From Octopus sinensis (lineage: Eukaryota), in the NCBI RefSeq assembly GCF_006345805.1, contig NC_043013.1, positions 24,738,001 to 24,802,000 of the forward strand: DNA of 64,000 bases. The letters run 5' to 3'. This document shows, one piece after another, positions 1-12,651 of this stretch. Within the stretch, counting starts at the first letter, position 1. Each line of letters opens with the position of its first letter. A program made the translations under genes and the position numbers. Under the pieces are notes generated by a model. That model did not search any database and was not told the origin of the DNA. It saw only the letters and a program-made list of their open reading frames with translations.

Positions 1-1028
1 ATTTCCCATAATCAACAGCCTTTATAGAAACACTATGTCTAGATTATACCTCTAAATTATTATTTTAATCATTATTACATGTTTTCTCTATGCTTTACAA
101 GCTTCTGTTCTCTGAATTGTGCACCACTTCCACCCATGTTTTCTTTAGTTTTACTCATGCACACATTCCTTCCATTTGGAGTGATTGATACTTCTTTATC
201 TGTTATCCTCCATACACATCATATGTGTGTTATCAGCTCTGTCCTCTCTTACTCATTATATTTGATTCTGCTTATATCTAGTCTTTCTTAGCTCTTTTGT
301 GTTACATCATTCAAAGCATGCCTAACATTTACACAAAGAGTACATCATTCTCATCTTGTTTCTTTCTGGCCTTCACTAGAAATAAATGAGGTGAGCATCC
401 TCTACATTTAGTGCCCTATTCTTTATTAGCTGCAAGGAGAGAGAACCCCTTTCTCACAAGCAGAAATGATAATTCCTTTACCTCTTTATCTTTGATGCTA
501 TTTTTTGGGAACACCATTCTCCATTCTTAATATATCACCATCTTATATATTGCTGTTTAAAAAAAAAAAAACATTTATGTTTATGTTTTATGTCATTTCT
601 TTTTGTTGGTGTCTGAGGATCTCATGAAATTGATGGCTGCTCTGTCAATAGAGACGTTTTCCAAGACTTTTGATCTATTGTGGATGAACAAAAGTTAAAA
701 TTATTTGGTCAGTCTTTCACACTAAACATTCCACTAGGCTTCTCCACAAATATTGCCTGAAGGAAATATGACCAAAGAAATTAGGAACCATTTTCTGTAG
801 GAATGAAAATAAAGAGAAGGGGATAAGTCGATTACATTGACCCCCAACATTCAACTGGTACTTATTTTATTGACCTCAAAAGGATGAACGACAAAGTTGG
901 CCCTGGCAGCATTTGAACTCGGAACGTAAAGATGGAAGGAACAATGCTAAGCATTTTGTCCAGTGTGATAACATTCTGCCAATTCACTACCCTAACTGAG
1001 CTAAATATTATCATCTCATTCCTTTCAG

Positions 1029-1223
1029 CTTTTACAGTTAGTTCCATGGTTTCCTAGTCCTCATCTTCGAGATCACATATTCTACATTGTAAATAATGCT
1101 CAAAACAATCTTTTCACTGAGACTGAAGAGACAACTACCAAAACTGACTCGGATATGAAAAAACCTGCTACAAAAGCATTTCGTTATGGTTTTTATAGCA
1201 AATAGGAGTAGCTTCTGACACAG
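1029..1223 (+). CDS. SPG11: SPG11 exon (LLQLVPWFPSPHLRDHIFY...RYGFYSK/IGVASDT) with apparent 1-nt frameshift near 1200-1202
   Basis: Acceptor cctttcag at 1028 and strong donor CAG|GTTAGT at 1223/1224. WFPSPHLRDHI resembles human YFSPVIQDHL. The frame hits TAG at 1203 unless one A is added. Confidence 0.75.
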
Positions 1224-4200
1224 GTTAGTCAATGCCTCTGTTTATTAACTTTATAAATGTAATCTCTATATGCCGAGTTGGGTAAATCTGTAAATTTTAA
1301 ACACCTGTATGAAATCTTGGCATTCATAGTTTGACTGTAGAGTAAGAAGTAATCTTCTGGTAAGCTAAGATTGCAACAGGATTTTAATTGAAGTCATTTG
1401 GGCACTCTGTTGCTATTTCACTTCATTTATGCTGTTAATTCCCTAAAGAAAAGCGTATGTATCATAATTCTTATAGCCTAAAAAATAGAAAAGTTTGATG
1501 GCTAATTATTTGTTGAGTGGAAATTCACATATATTTGAACTTGTTTTTCTAGTTATGTTCCTTAACTAAGCACAACATATTTTCTGCAGGACTAAACCAA
1601 CTTTAACCTATTATTTCAACTCTTCTCTAGTGCATGATTTACAATTAATATCACTAAATACATTTGATTTTACTGTTTTTATCTGATCACATTTTATGTG
1701 TTATTTTCTTTATAAAGATTTATTTGGTGTAAGCATTCTTTGTAATAAAACTGAAGAGAAATTATATCAATATTTGAAATGATACCAATATTTTAATACC
1801 CTGTGTAATGAAGATGACTATAATAGTACACTAAATGATGTGCCAGATTTGTCTCATTTTGCAAGGTCTTAAGCTTAAATCCTATTGGCATTAGTATTGT
1901 TCTTCAAACATCAGAAGATTTATCTGCAAAAAGTACCACCAATATATTAAGACCATTTCTACCATCTTGAGGGTTTATCTATAGACTAATACATTTTAAA
2001 TCCAGATAAATCAATATTTAAACAGATATTTATTAACTTTTTAAATTGTCCCTAGTGTCTTTTTGTAAAAGTTTATTCCCCATAACGTTTTTTTATTGTT
2101 TTTCTCTTCCATTTTAGCTATTGAGTATTGTAACGGTGCTCATTTCACACGTGAATAATATTTTAATTAAATATTTGGAATGTTTGTCTTTATTTTGAGC
2201 TTATGATATATTTATTCCACGATTATAGTAATATAATTTCTTTACATTTTAGGGCAAAGTAGTTCTGATGAAGATGATGCTTTAATAATCAATTCAAATA
2301 AAGAAGAAAGTAAAGAGACTAATCAGGGTAAGAATGTTTTTGATCATTTATATTTTATATATTTTTGAGATATCTTTATCTAGGATAGTCATTTGGTGTT
2401 AATTTATTCTTGATTTGTTGGAGGTGTTAGAATACGACCGTACGTAAGGAGTTTGGTGACATATTTCTCCTCTTGTATGCCGCACGGCCGCATCCCAACA
2501 TAACATCATCATCATTTAGCGTCCGCTTTCCATGCTAGCATGGGTTGGCTGGTTCAACTGGGGTCTGGGAAGCCAGAAGGCTGCACCCAGGCCTAGTCTG
2601 ATCTGGCAATGTTTCTATGGCTGGATCCCTTCCTAACGCCAACCACTCCATAGTGTAGTGGGTGCTTTTTTTAAACGTGCCACCGGCACAGTGCCAGACG
2701 GGGCTGGCAAAAACGCCACGGTCGGATGGTGCTTTTTTACATGTCACCACACGGGGGCCAGGCGGCTCTGGCGATGGCCACGATCGTGATGGTGCTTTTT
2801 ACGAACACTGACATTACACATCCATCGGAGCATACTGGCTTCATTTCTTGCGAGCTTACGCATATCCTCAGCACTCACGGCCCATGTTTCACTACCATGT
2901 AGCATGGCTGTTCGTACACATGCATCATACAGTCTGCCTTTTACTCTGAGTGAAAGGCCTTTTGTCACCGGCAGGTGTAAGGGCTCTCTGAACTTTGCCC
3001 AGGCTATTCTTACTCTAGCAGTTACACTTTCAGCACACCCACCCCCGCTACTGACTTGGTCACCTAGGTAACGGAAGCTATCAACTACTTCTAGTTTTTC
3101 TCCCTGGAATGTGGTAGAAGTTGGTGTCTGCACATTTTCAGTGTTTATTGCTCCTGAGCATCTGCCACAAACAAACACTATTTTCCTCGTTAGCCTTCCT
3201 TTGACATTGCTGCACCTCTTATGTGTCCATAGCTTACACTTGGTGCATCTTATAGAGTTTCTACCTACACCTTTTCTACAGATTCGAGCAGGGCCATCTA
3301 CCTGAAGGCGTTTGTGATTTGTTTACCTTCCTACTTATTAGGACTTTGGTTTTGGCTAGGTTGACTCTAAGGCCCTTCGATTCTAATCCTTGCTTCCACA
3401 CCTGAAACTTCTCCAGTTCTGATAGTGACTCAGCAATTAGAGCAAGGTCATCAGCATAGAGGAGCTCCCAGGGGCATCCTGTCTTGAATTCCTCCGTTAT
3501 TGCCTGGAGGACTATGATAAATAGGAGGGGACTGAGGACTGAACCTTGGTGGACCCCAAACTCTACTCGGAATTCTTCACTGTACTCGTTGCCAACCCTC
3601 ACCTTACTAACAGCATCCCTGTACATGGCTCGCACAGCTCTCACTAACCATTCATCTATCCCTAGTTTCCTCATTGACCACCAGATAAGGGATCGGGGGA
3701 CCCTGTCGAAGGCTTTCTCCATGTCAACAAAAGCCAGATACAGGGGCTTATCTTTGGCTAGGTATTTCTCCTGCAGCTGTCTTACCAGGAATATAGCATC
3801 AGTAGTACTTTTCCCTGGCATGAACCCAAACTGCATCTCATCTAAGCTAACTCTCTCTCTAATTAGTTGGGCTATGACCCTCTCCGTAACCTTCATTACC
3901 TGATCCAGCAGCTTGATACCCCTGTAGTTATTTGTATCTAGGGTGTCACCTTTACCTTTGTAGCAGTTGACTATTATGCTGCTACACCAGTCATTGGGAA
4001 TGACTCCTTCGTGTATCACCTGGTTAACTATACGGGTGACTAGGCTATAGCCGACACTACCAGATATTTTGAGCATCTCTGCAGTAATTCCTGATGGGCC
4101 TGGGCTTTCCCTGTCTTCATTCTTCTAATTGCCTTAACTACCAAGGAACTGTCAACTTGGATAGCTAGTCCCTCTGTTGGGTCAACATTTGGCAGACTCT

Positions 4201-7200
4201 CTTTATCCCATTCATTTTCTTTATTCAGCAACCTTTCATAGTGGCATCTCCAAACCTCTCTCTTTGCATCCTCATTTAGCGCAAGTGAACCATCATCCAT
4301 ACAAACACATTTCTCTCCTACCACATCGCGATTCTCTCTCACACACTGTCTTGCAACACGAAAAACCTCAAGTCTTTCATCCTCACTGCGCAGAACATTG
4401 GCAAATTTTTTCTTATCTGCTTCCCCTCTGGCTAAATACACCTGCCTCCTAACTTCCCTTCTGATAGTCTGATACACTTCCCTGCTACCGCCGTTCTTCC
4501 AGTCCTTCCAAGCCTGTTTCTTTTGTCTAATAGCCCTGTCAACAATATTGTTCCACCACCACGTTATTTTGGGTCTTGCGGGGACTTTGCACCAACCACA
4601 GATTTGGTCAGTGGCTCTCAGCAGGTTGTCCCTTAGAGACCTCCAGTTGTCTTCTACCCCATGTGAAGCTATACCCCCTTCTATTTCGTCAAAGGCTTAA
4701 AGTAATATGTCTCTAAATCTCTGTCCATTCACAGGATCTTTAAGCTTCCAGACCCTTCTTCTCCATGTTGGTCGTCTTCTAGTCGTCCTCTTAGTCCTGA
4801 TCCTAAAGTCACTAACTACCAGTCTATGTTGTGGTGTACATTCTTCGCCTGGGAAGGTTTTGGCATTTATAAGCAGCCATCTTTCCCTTTTTCTGGCAAG
4901 GATGTAGTCGATTTGGCTAGTATGTCGGCCAGATCAGTAGTTGACTAGGTGGCTTGTAGGTTTCCTGAAGTTAGTGTTGCAAACCATAAGACTATTCGCA
5001 TCGAACTCCAGCAGCCTGGTTCCCTCCTCGTTGTTTTTCTCAAACAGCTGAATTTCTCTATGGAAAAAGTAATAACACACTCTAGGTCACACTTAGACTG
5101 AAATGTGTGTTTTAGGAACGTCTGTTATTTTGATTGCAAAATTCTTCTTTAGTATCTTATTACTCTTTATTAATATGGATATGAGACATAGTATTAGATT
5201 CTGATGACAATTTGACCAAAATAATGTTAAATATCAAATAAACTAAGTTTGACTAAGATACTGGACATTTTACATGTGCCTAATCTGTAAAAATATGCAA
5301 GTATATTTTACTCAGGTCAGATGGAACTCATTAAAATTGAGTTTCTACAGTTAGATGCTATCTGACTTTTCCTATCTTGCTATCCCTTACTTATTTCCAA
5401 GCAAGGAAATATTTTCCCCTGACCTAACATTTTCATGGAAGATGGTTAATGAATGACAACATTTGTATAATGGTAATGCTCGTTTAGAACTATCTTGTGA
5501 TGTCAAGCAAGGACATGTATACACACACACACCTATATTGATGGACTTTCAGTGTCGACCTATCAGATCTACTCAGAAGGCATTGGTTGGTTGAGGGGTG
5601 TAGTGACTGCTACACGGTGGGACTGAATGTGAAACCATGTGGTTGGCAAGCAAATTTCTTAACCATATAACCATATAATTAATGCTTTTGTTCAAACAAA
5701 ATACTAATAGTTTTAATCCATTTTCAGAATTTGATCTCAACCCTATGTCTGCTCCTGAAGATGTTTTCAGAGTGATTTTTTCTGCCCAAGCAAGTCGGAG
5801 TGTTTGGAAATCTCTTTTGTCATATGGCATTGCGTTACGCAATCCCTTGTTCACAGAACTAGCGGCTTGTCAAAGAGTGAGTATCTTTATTGATATTTGG
5901 TATTATTCATCATAAGAACAGACATTCTGCAGAGGACTTACTATTGCATTTAGAAATATTTCCACAATATTTCGCTCACACTAAATCACATTATAGTAAT
6001 GAAAAAATAATGAAGTTGCTAAAGTTTGAATCTGCAGTTTTAACATTAAGACTGTCAAAATTTCCGAGTAATGATTTCTAATTAGGCAACACAGAATGCA
6101 TTAGATCTACTGTTTCTGTTTTAAATTATTGAATTTTTATGTCCTCCTTTTCAGTCTTATAGAAGGAATTGGAAAACTAGACCAAGTAAATTTATTGTCG
6201 AGTCAATTATGAAATGTAGAGCACTTAGAAGCAAAATAATTTTGAGTAAACTATAAACTCTGGTCTCTTTGTAAAATTATTACAAGAAATATATATACAT
6301 ACACAAAGAGAGAGAGAGAGAGAGAAACAATTACACTCTAAGTATAATTTTATCATTGAATTCATAAGTTGTGTATAGCATCTGGTGATCTGTTATTTTG
6401 ATGGGTCAAATTTCTGTTTCACTTCACTAAAATTACTAATATTTTTGAGAAATCTACAATAAATATAGTAGTCTAGTACTTCCATTCTACACAAACACAT
6501 TAATATTTTAGGCTTTTACACTGAGACAATGACTTGGCTGTTTTACATCAAAATATAGTTATTTTCCCAGTTGAATGGATTTTTATTTCTGGCATCAAAG
6601 TTAATATTGTAGGATTTAGAATATCATTGTAGTTTATGAACTGCCAACATTTCATTATAAATAGTACTAGCAAATGTCCACTGCACTACAGTGGTCTCCA
6701 CTGGCATTAATTTGCAAAGGCAGTGATTTTTAACAATGTGATTCACACTGATGTTGATTCTTATAAATAACAGACCTCCAATATTTACTCAGGTATAATG
6801 CCAGAAATTTAATATCAAAAATATACCAAGGTCAAACATGGAGAGTGGTATTGCACTCAAGTGTAAAAATTAAGTACAGCAACAAACTTGTGAAAATGAA
6901 GATATCATAGGCAGCAACATCATCATCATTTAATGTCTGTTATCCATGCTTGCATGGGTTGGACAGTTTGACCAGGGCTGGCAAGCTGGAAGGCTGCACC
7001 AGACTCCAGTCTGTTTTAGCATGGTTTCTACAGCTGGATGCCTTTCCTAATGCCAACCATTCTGTTAGGAAGGGCATCCAGCTGTAGAAACCATGCCAGT
7101 ACAGACTGGAATCTAGTGCAGCCTTCCAGCTTGCCAGCCCTGGTCAAACTGTCCAACCCATAGTGAGGCAAAAAAAAAAGAAAAAAGAAAAATGGGTAGA

Positions 7201-10127
7201 ATTAGTTCAAGTGTCAACTGTGGACATATTTTAGTCTTCATAAAATAGAATCAGCAAACCCACTTTTAACATTGAATAACTCTTCAATTTACATTAACCA
7301 TAGCATAATTTTGATGTTTATTATGATTTTTCTCTCTGTAGGAAGCTAACATTCTCAGTTGTTTGTGTGGTTGGTTGATTGCTGTTATGAATGATGTGCA
7401 GCATCAACACTTCCTGAAGCAACATGTTTTGCCTGTTACCAAGTGGAACTTGAAGGATTTACGTGAACTTACTGAAATATTCATCAGAAACAAATGGTTA
7501 GCTAATCTAACAGTTGGATTTGCTATTTTCCAAACAGTAAGTACACAGTTTTTCTTAGCCTTTGATTTTCAAACAATATTGTGATGTACTAGATTAGGGC
7601 CTTAGATTGTACAACTGTTGACTTATGATAGGTATGGTCATGTGACTGAGGTTCTTTTTTTATTTTTTATTTTTTTTTCAGTCCAGCAAAATTATGTAAA
7701 CAAATGCTTGGAGTTAGTCAGTGGCATTCAAGTAACATGCTGGAAACATGGTCAGAATCATTTGATCAGTGGCACTTTGTAAAATGTGTTGGCATGTTTA
7801 TATGTTACATTGCTATTAGATAATTTTTCTGAAATTTTATATATTTTTACAAGGAAGGAAATATTTTATTTAAATCTGATCCCTTTTTTTTTCATTTATA
7901 AGTGTATTTTCTAGTGTACCACCAACGACTTAACAGTGGACTGAGTACATTTTATAGTCATCAAATCTCCTCTACTCTGTATCAGAGTTATGATCCTCCT
8001 AGATGGGTTGCCTGTGAAGTAACTGGGGATGGGTTCCACATAAAAAATGGCATTTATTATTTTTTAATATTATTACTTGATAATTTTTCATTTATATTTT
8101 GTTTCCCTTTATATGGCATTGTAAGATTTGTGGTCTTCATCAACTACATTATCTGTCCTGTTTTCTTTTCATACAGGACACACCTATGGCATTCTTCCTA
8201 AAATTCCTTCACTGTTGTCTGGAGAAATATGATTATGCAGAAGCTCAGACTTATCTGGAAAGTTTTAAACATTCTGTTCTATATAAAGTAAGTTACTTTT
8301 CTTCCTGTTCCCTTTCTTTCATATTGCCTCTCAGCATTATTATCACCATCAATGCTATCACAGCCGTCTTATATTCAGTACCAACAACACTACCACCAAT
8401 ATGACTTCCTATACCAAAACTACATAAGCAACACTAACCATAACAATTACAGTTTATATAGTTACTGAAATATATAACCTTTTCTTGTATAAACTTTTAA
8501 AATAATTTTTGTATAATTATGTTTTGTTTTTTTTTATTCGGCTTAACAATTACATTTTTCATTGGAATATCTTACAATATTTGAGACCGACTTGCTTCAT
8601 CATCATCATCATCATTTAGCGTCCGTTTTCCACGCTAGCACGGGTTAAAATGGATCCTAGACATATTCTGTAGCCAATTCAATTCTCTTGTAATATGTTG
8701 CATTATGCCAATGTAAAGAATTATCATTATCTTCCAGAACTAATCACAGCAAATGCCTTTTAGCATTAAACATAAATTTGATGGTTTAAAAAAAAATTGT
8801 TAAATCTTCGGGTAAAACCTCTCACAATTAAGAAACATTTCTCATAGCACAAGCAGACGAAATGGGAAAGGCATTGCTCCTGAGAATAGTAAGGGGGATG
8901 CACATTTGTTATGACTTTTCATGTTCTGTGTTCAAATCTTGCTACGGTCAACTTTGCCTTTCATCAATCCCAGTCAAGTACTGAGACTGATTTAATCAAC
9001 TAGCCCCCCCCCCCCAAATTTGTAACCTTGTGCCTAATGATCGCTGTTGTTATGGTGTTGTTATCCTGTCAGGGTCAATTTTTTTCCTTATTTCACCAGG
9101 TCAGTCCCAAGGTCAGAGTTGCTTTAATTTTGAGTCAATGTAATGGGCCCCTGTTGAGCACTGGGGTTGATGTAATCAACTAACCCCTGCCTTACTTACA
9201 AGATATGTGCCTATCATAGAATGGATTATTATTATTACTATTTGGTATCATGCAAATTGGCACCCATACTGGAGGCCAGTAAAAGCTCCCATTACACTCT
9301 CAGAGTGGTTGGCATTAGGAAGGGCATCCAGCCATAGAAAACCATGCTAAATCAGATCGGTGTCTGGTCCTGCATGCCAGCCCAGTCAAACTGTCCAACC
9401 AGCATGGACAACAGACATTAAATGATGATGATGATGACAACGACGTTATTGTTGTTGTTGTACTCAGGTTTTGTTGAATCACCTGAAATCTTGCATGAGC
9501 AGCAGGCTTGCTACTTGTAGCCTATAGTATTATGTTATTTGTATTCTTCAACAATCTCGTACTTTCCTAATAATTGGCTGTGCCGAGGAGGTGAAGTTTT
9601 TGCAACAGCTCTACTGGACACTGATTTTATTTTGTTTATATTCATTTCAATATCTTTTGATACCATTGCCAAGTCCCCAATAATAATCAGCACTGTCTTC
9701 ATCTTTAGTATCTTTGACTTCCACAGTCAGGCTTTCTCATGTTTAAGAGGACTGTAAGCATTTAGTTTCTCGCTTTCCTTCTTAAGTATTCATGAGTCAA
9801 ATGACCATAGAACATCAATTAGAGCACACATGCACACAGTTTACTTTGATCACCACTGCTAAGTCTGGTGTATTTTGTGCTCAAGCACCTAATCAGTATG
9901 AATTTGGAAATCCCACAGGATTTTGCAAGACTGACTCAGTCACTCTATGGTTTGTGTCCATACCATGTCTTACTTCATGCTTCCTTCTCTTTTCACAGTT
10001 TCCAATGCAGAACTTTTGCTATTTCATCATGTCACACACATATATATATATATATGTATATAAGCTACCCTGGTAACTGTTTATTGAATTTTCCATGTTA
10101 ACGGTAAACAAAGGATAATTCATTCAT

Positions 10128-10168
<41 letters not shown>

Positions 10169-12603
10169 AAAATAAGAAAATGGAGAAATACACCTTAATC
10201 AATAATCAACTATCAGATAATACCCATTCACATAAATTATTAACCAAACTAATATGAACATCAAGGTCAAACATAATAGTACAGAAAAAACAGTGCACGT
10301 CAATGAGTAATATGATACAATAAGTACAATATGTATAAATAAATATAAATATAAATATAAACTATATCTTACAGCTGTTTCAGCCATGTAGATATGAGTA
10401 TCTCATTATGCCCATATTAGCCAGGTGTGATAAGTAATATGTGGTTATAAATGAGACACTTACAAATATATCCCAAGGCCTCTTCAGAGATTATAAAGTA
10501 CAATCTAAGTATGAATATCAGAGAAGGTACACCCATACAAGAATGAGCACATATATATAACATATAATATACACATACACATAAGTGTATATACACATGC
10601 ACCTATATATATACGTATATACATAATGATATATAATAATATACACACATATATATATATAAGGTTACAGTTAGTCAAATCAATATATTAGAATATTACA
10701 ATATACAAACATACACATATCCATATGCAAATGTATATATACAATGTCAAGAGTTCATTATATTAAGTTACAAAATGCCATTAATATTATTATTATTATC
10801 ATTATTATTACTATTATTATTATTATTATTTATCATTATTATTATCATTATTATTATTATTAATAATATTAATAATACCAGTAAAATAATATGTGCATCA
10901 TGCCGTTCACAGTACATATTAGGTGGAAAAAATTTATGATTGCAAATAATGAAGCATTCTTTTCAAACCACTGATATTTATTAAACTATATATATATTTA
11001 TTAAATAATTGCAAATAATATAAACTTCTAGAGGTATTGCCAATCTTTTAATAACAATGCAAACTTACACTTATTTATCTTTCATTTGTTTTCCATCATC
11101 AAAGTGCTGACATCTTTACTATATGTAAATTTTTTTTTTTTTTTTTTTGTAGCCATCTAAAGATAAGATGTCCTCTATTAATCACATGGCCCAGGTATTT
11201 CCAATGGTTGGGGACATTTCATGGCAAGAGGAAACTTGTCAATGCCTTATTAGAGAGCTGTTGACAGGTTTGCCAAATATCTCTGATGTTGTGAAACTCT
11301 TGAAATACTTAACTCAGTATAATATCATTTCAGTATTCACATATCAACCAGGTAAATAATTTACACACTCTCATACCTGTTTTAGTTGTTGTTAATTACT
11401 TGATTAAACACTCCTGTGATATCTTGGTAGCCAGCTGAATGACAAGGTCTAACCCACAGACCTATTGTTTCTGATATTCCAAGCCTATGTATAACTGATG
11501 AATATAGTGCACACTCTGACATGCAATGATGAATTGAAGTGTAGTGTGACAGTTTCCTTTATAGTCCATTTCTGATGGCTGCCTGGAGATTCTGGTGATA
11601 GCCACAGCCAAGACAGGCAAGGTGGACTTGGTTAGAACATGACAGCTGTTGTTCCTCTACGTTTATTATTGATGGTTTGCATCCAAAGATAGTGTTTGGT
11701 ACTGATGAAGTTATTCATGTTGCATCTGTTTCTGTGTATATTATTTTTCTGTTTAACTGTGCTGAGTGGATGAGATAGTGGTTTTAGTGTACTGTTGTAA
11801 TCATGTTCTGTGGTGGTGTTCATGTGTCAGGGTGTTTAGTGAAGATTGTGAGGACTGGAGTCTGCTGTAGTAGCAAACTGCTCCTCACTTGTCCTGGATG
11901 TAGTCTTTCATGTTTTGTATTTTTGTTACAGTGTGCAGGTATCTGTGAACAGCTTGTGATAATAGACAGTCTTCTGTCTTTTTTCTTCTATTATAGTATT
12001 CTTTTAATGGAGAGAATAGGGGCCCCAACAAAAGCAGGCATAACCTATGATGGCTGAAATACATTGTTTGCACACTGTTATATTTTAACTTTTTGCACAA
12101 TATGGTACCTGTAAATGTTCTTAGTATGCCTGTACATTCTATGTCATCCTTTTTGTAGAAGTAGTGTGTGTGTGTGTGTGTGGTGTGATGAATTTGAGTA
12201 TGATGATTGGTTGTACTTGATGGTCTCTGATGATGCCACTAAAGACGAAGACAGTGGATTTGATAAGTGCTATTTTAAGTCTCTCATTTTGGGAGCCAAG
12301 TTTCTACATAACTGATGTAGGATTGATGTAATGGTGAAGGTTTGTCTCAAGTATAGTAGAAGATATGCATGTAGTGCTGTTTGCATTTCAGGGCACTATT
12401 TTAAGGTAATGTGACAAGGCGGTGGAGGTATTGGTTGAAAGGCATAGGTGAGAAAACCTCTCTTTAAGACAAAAGGATATAATCTGAGGGAGATTTAGCT
12501 GCTATTTCCAGCAGGTTGGAACTCTCCCGTTAGCTCATGCACACTGACCAAAGCCTTGTGAGTGGATTTTGTAGATGGAAACTGAAAGAAGCCCACTGTG
12601 TAT

Positions 12604-12651
<48 letters not shown>

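Noticed and set aside
12225-12265. CTGATGA followed by a CCACT/AGTGG stem
   Set aside because: No GAAA follows the stem.
11560-12500. Possible old LINE on the minus strand
   Set aside because: Motif resemblance (GPLFSP, KPLSHPL) is too weak to call.
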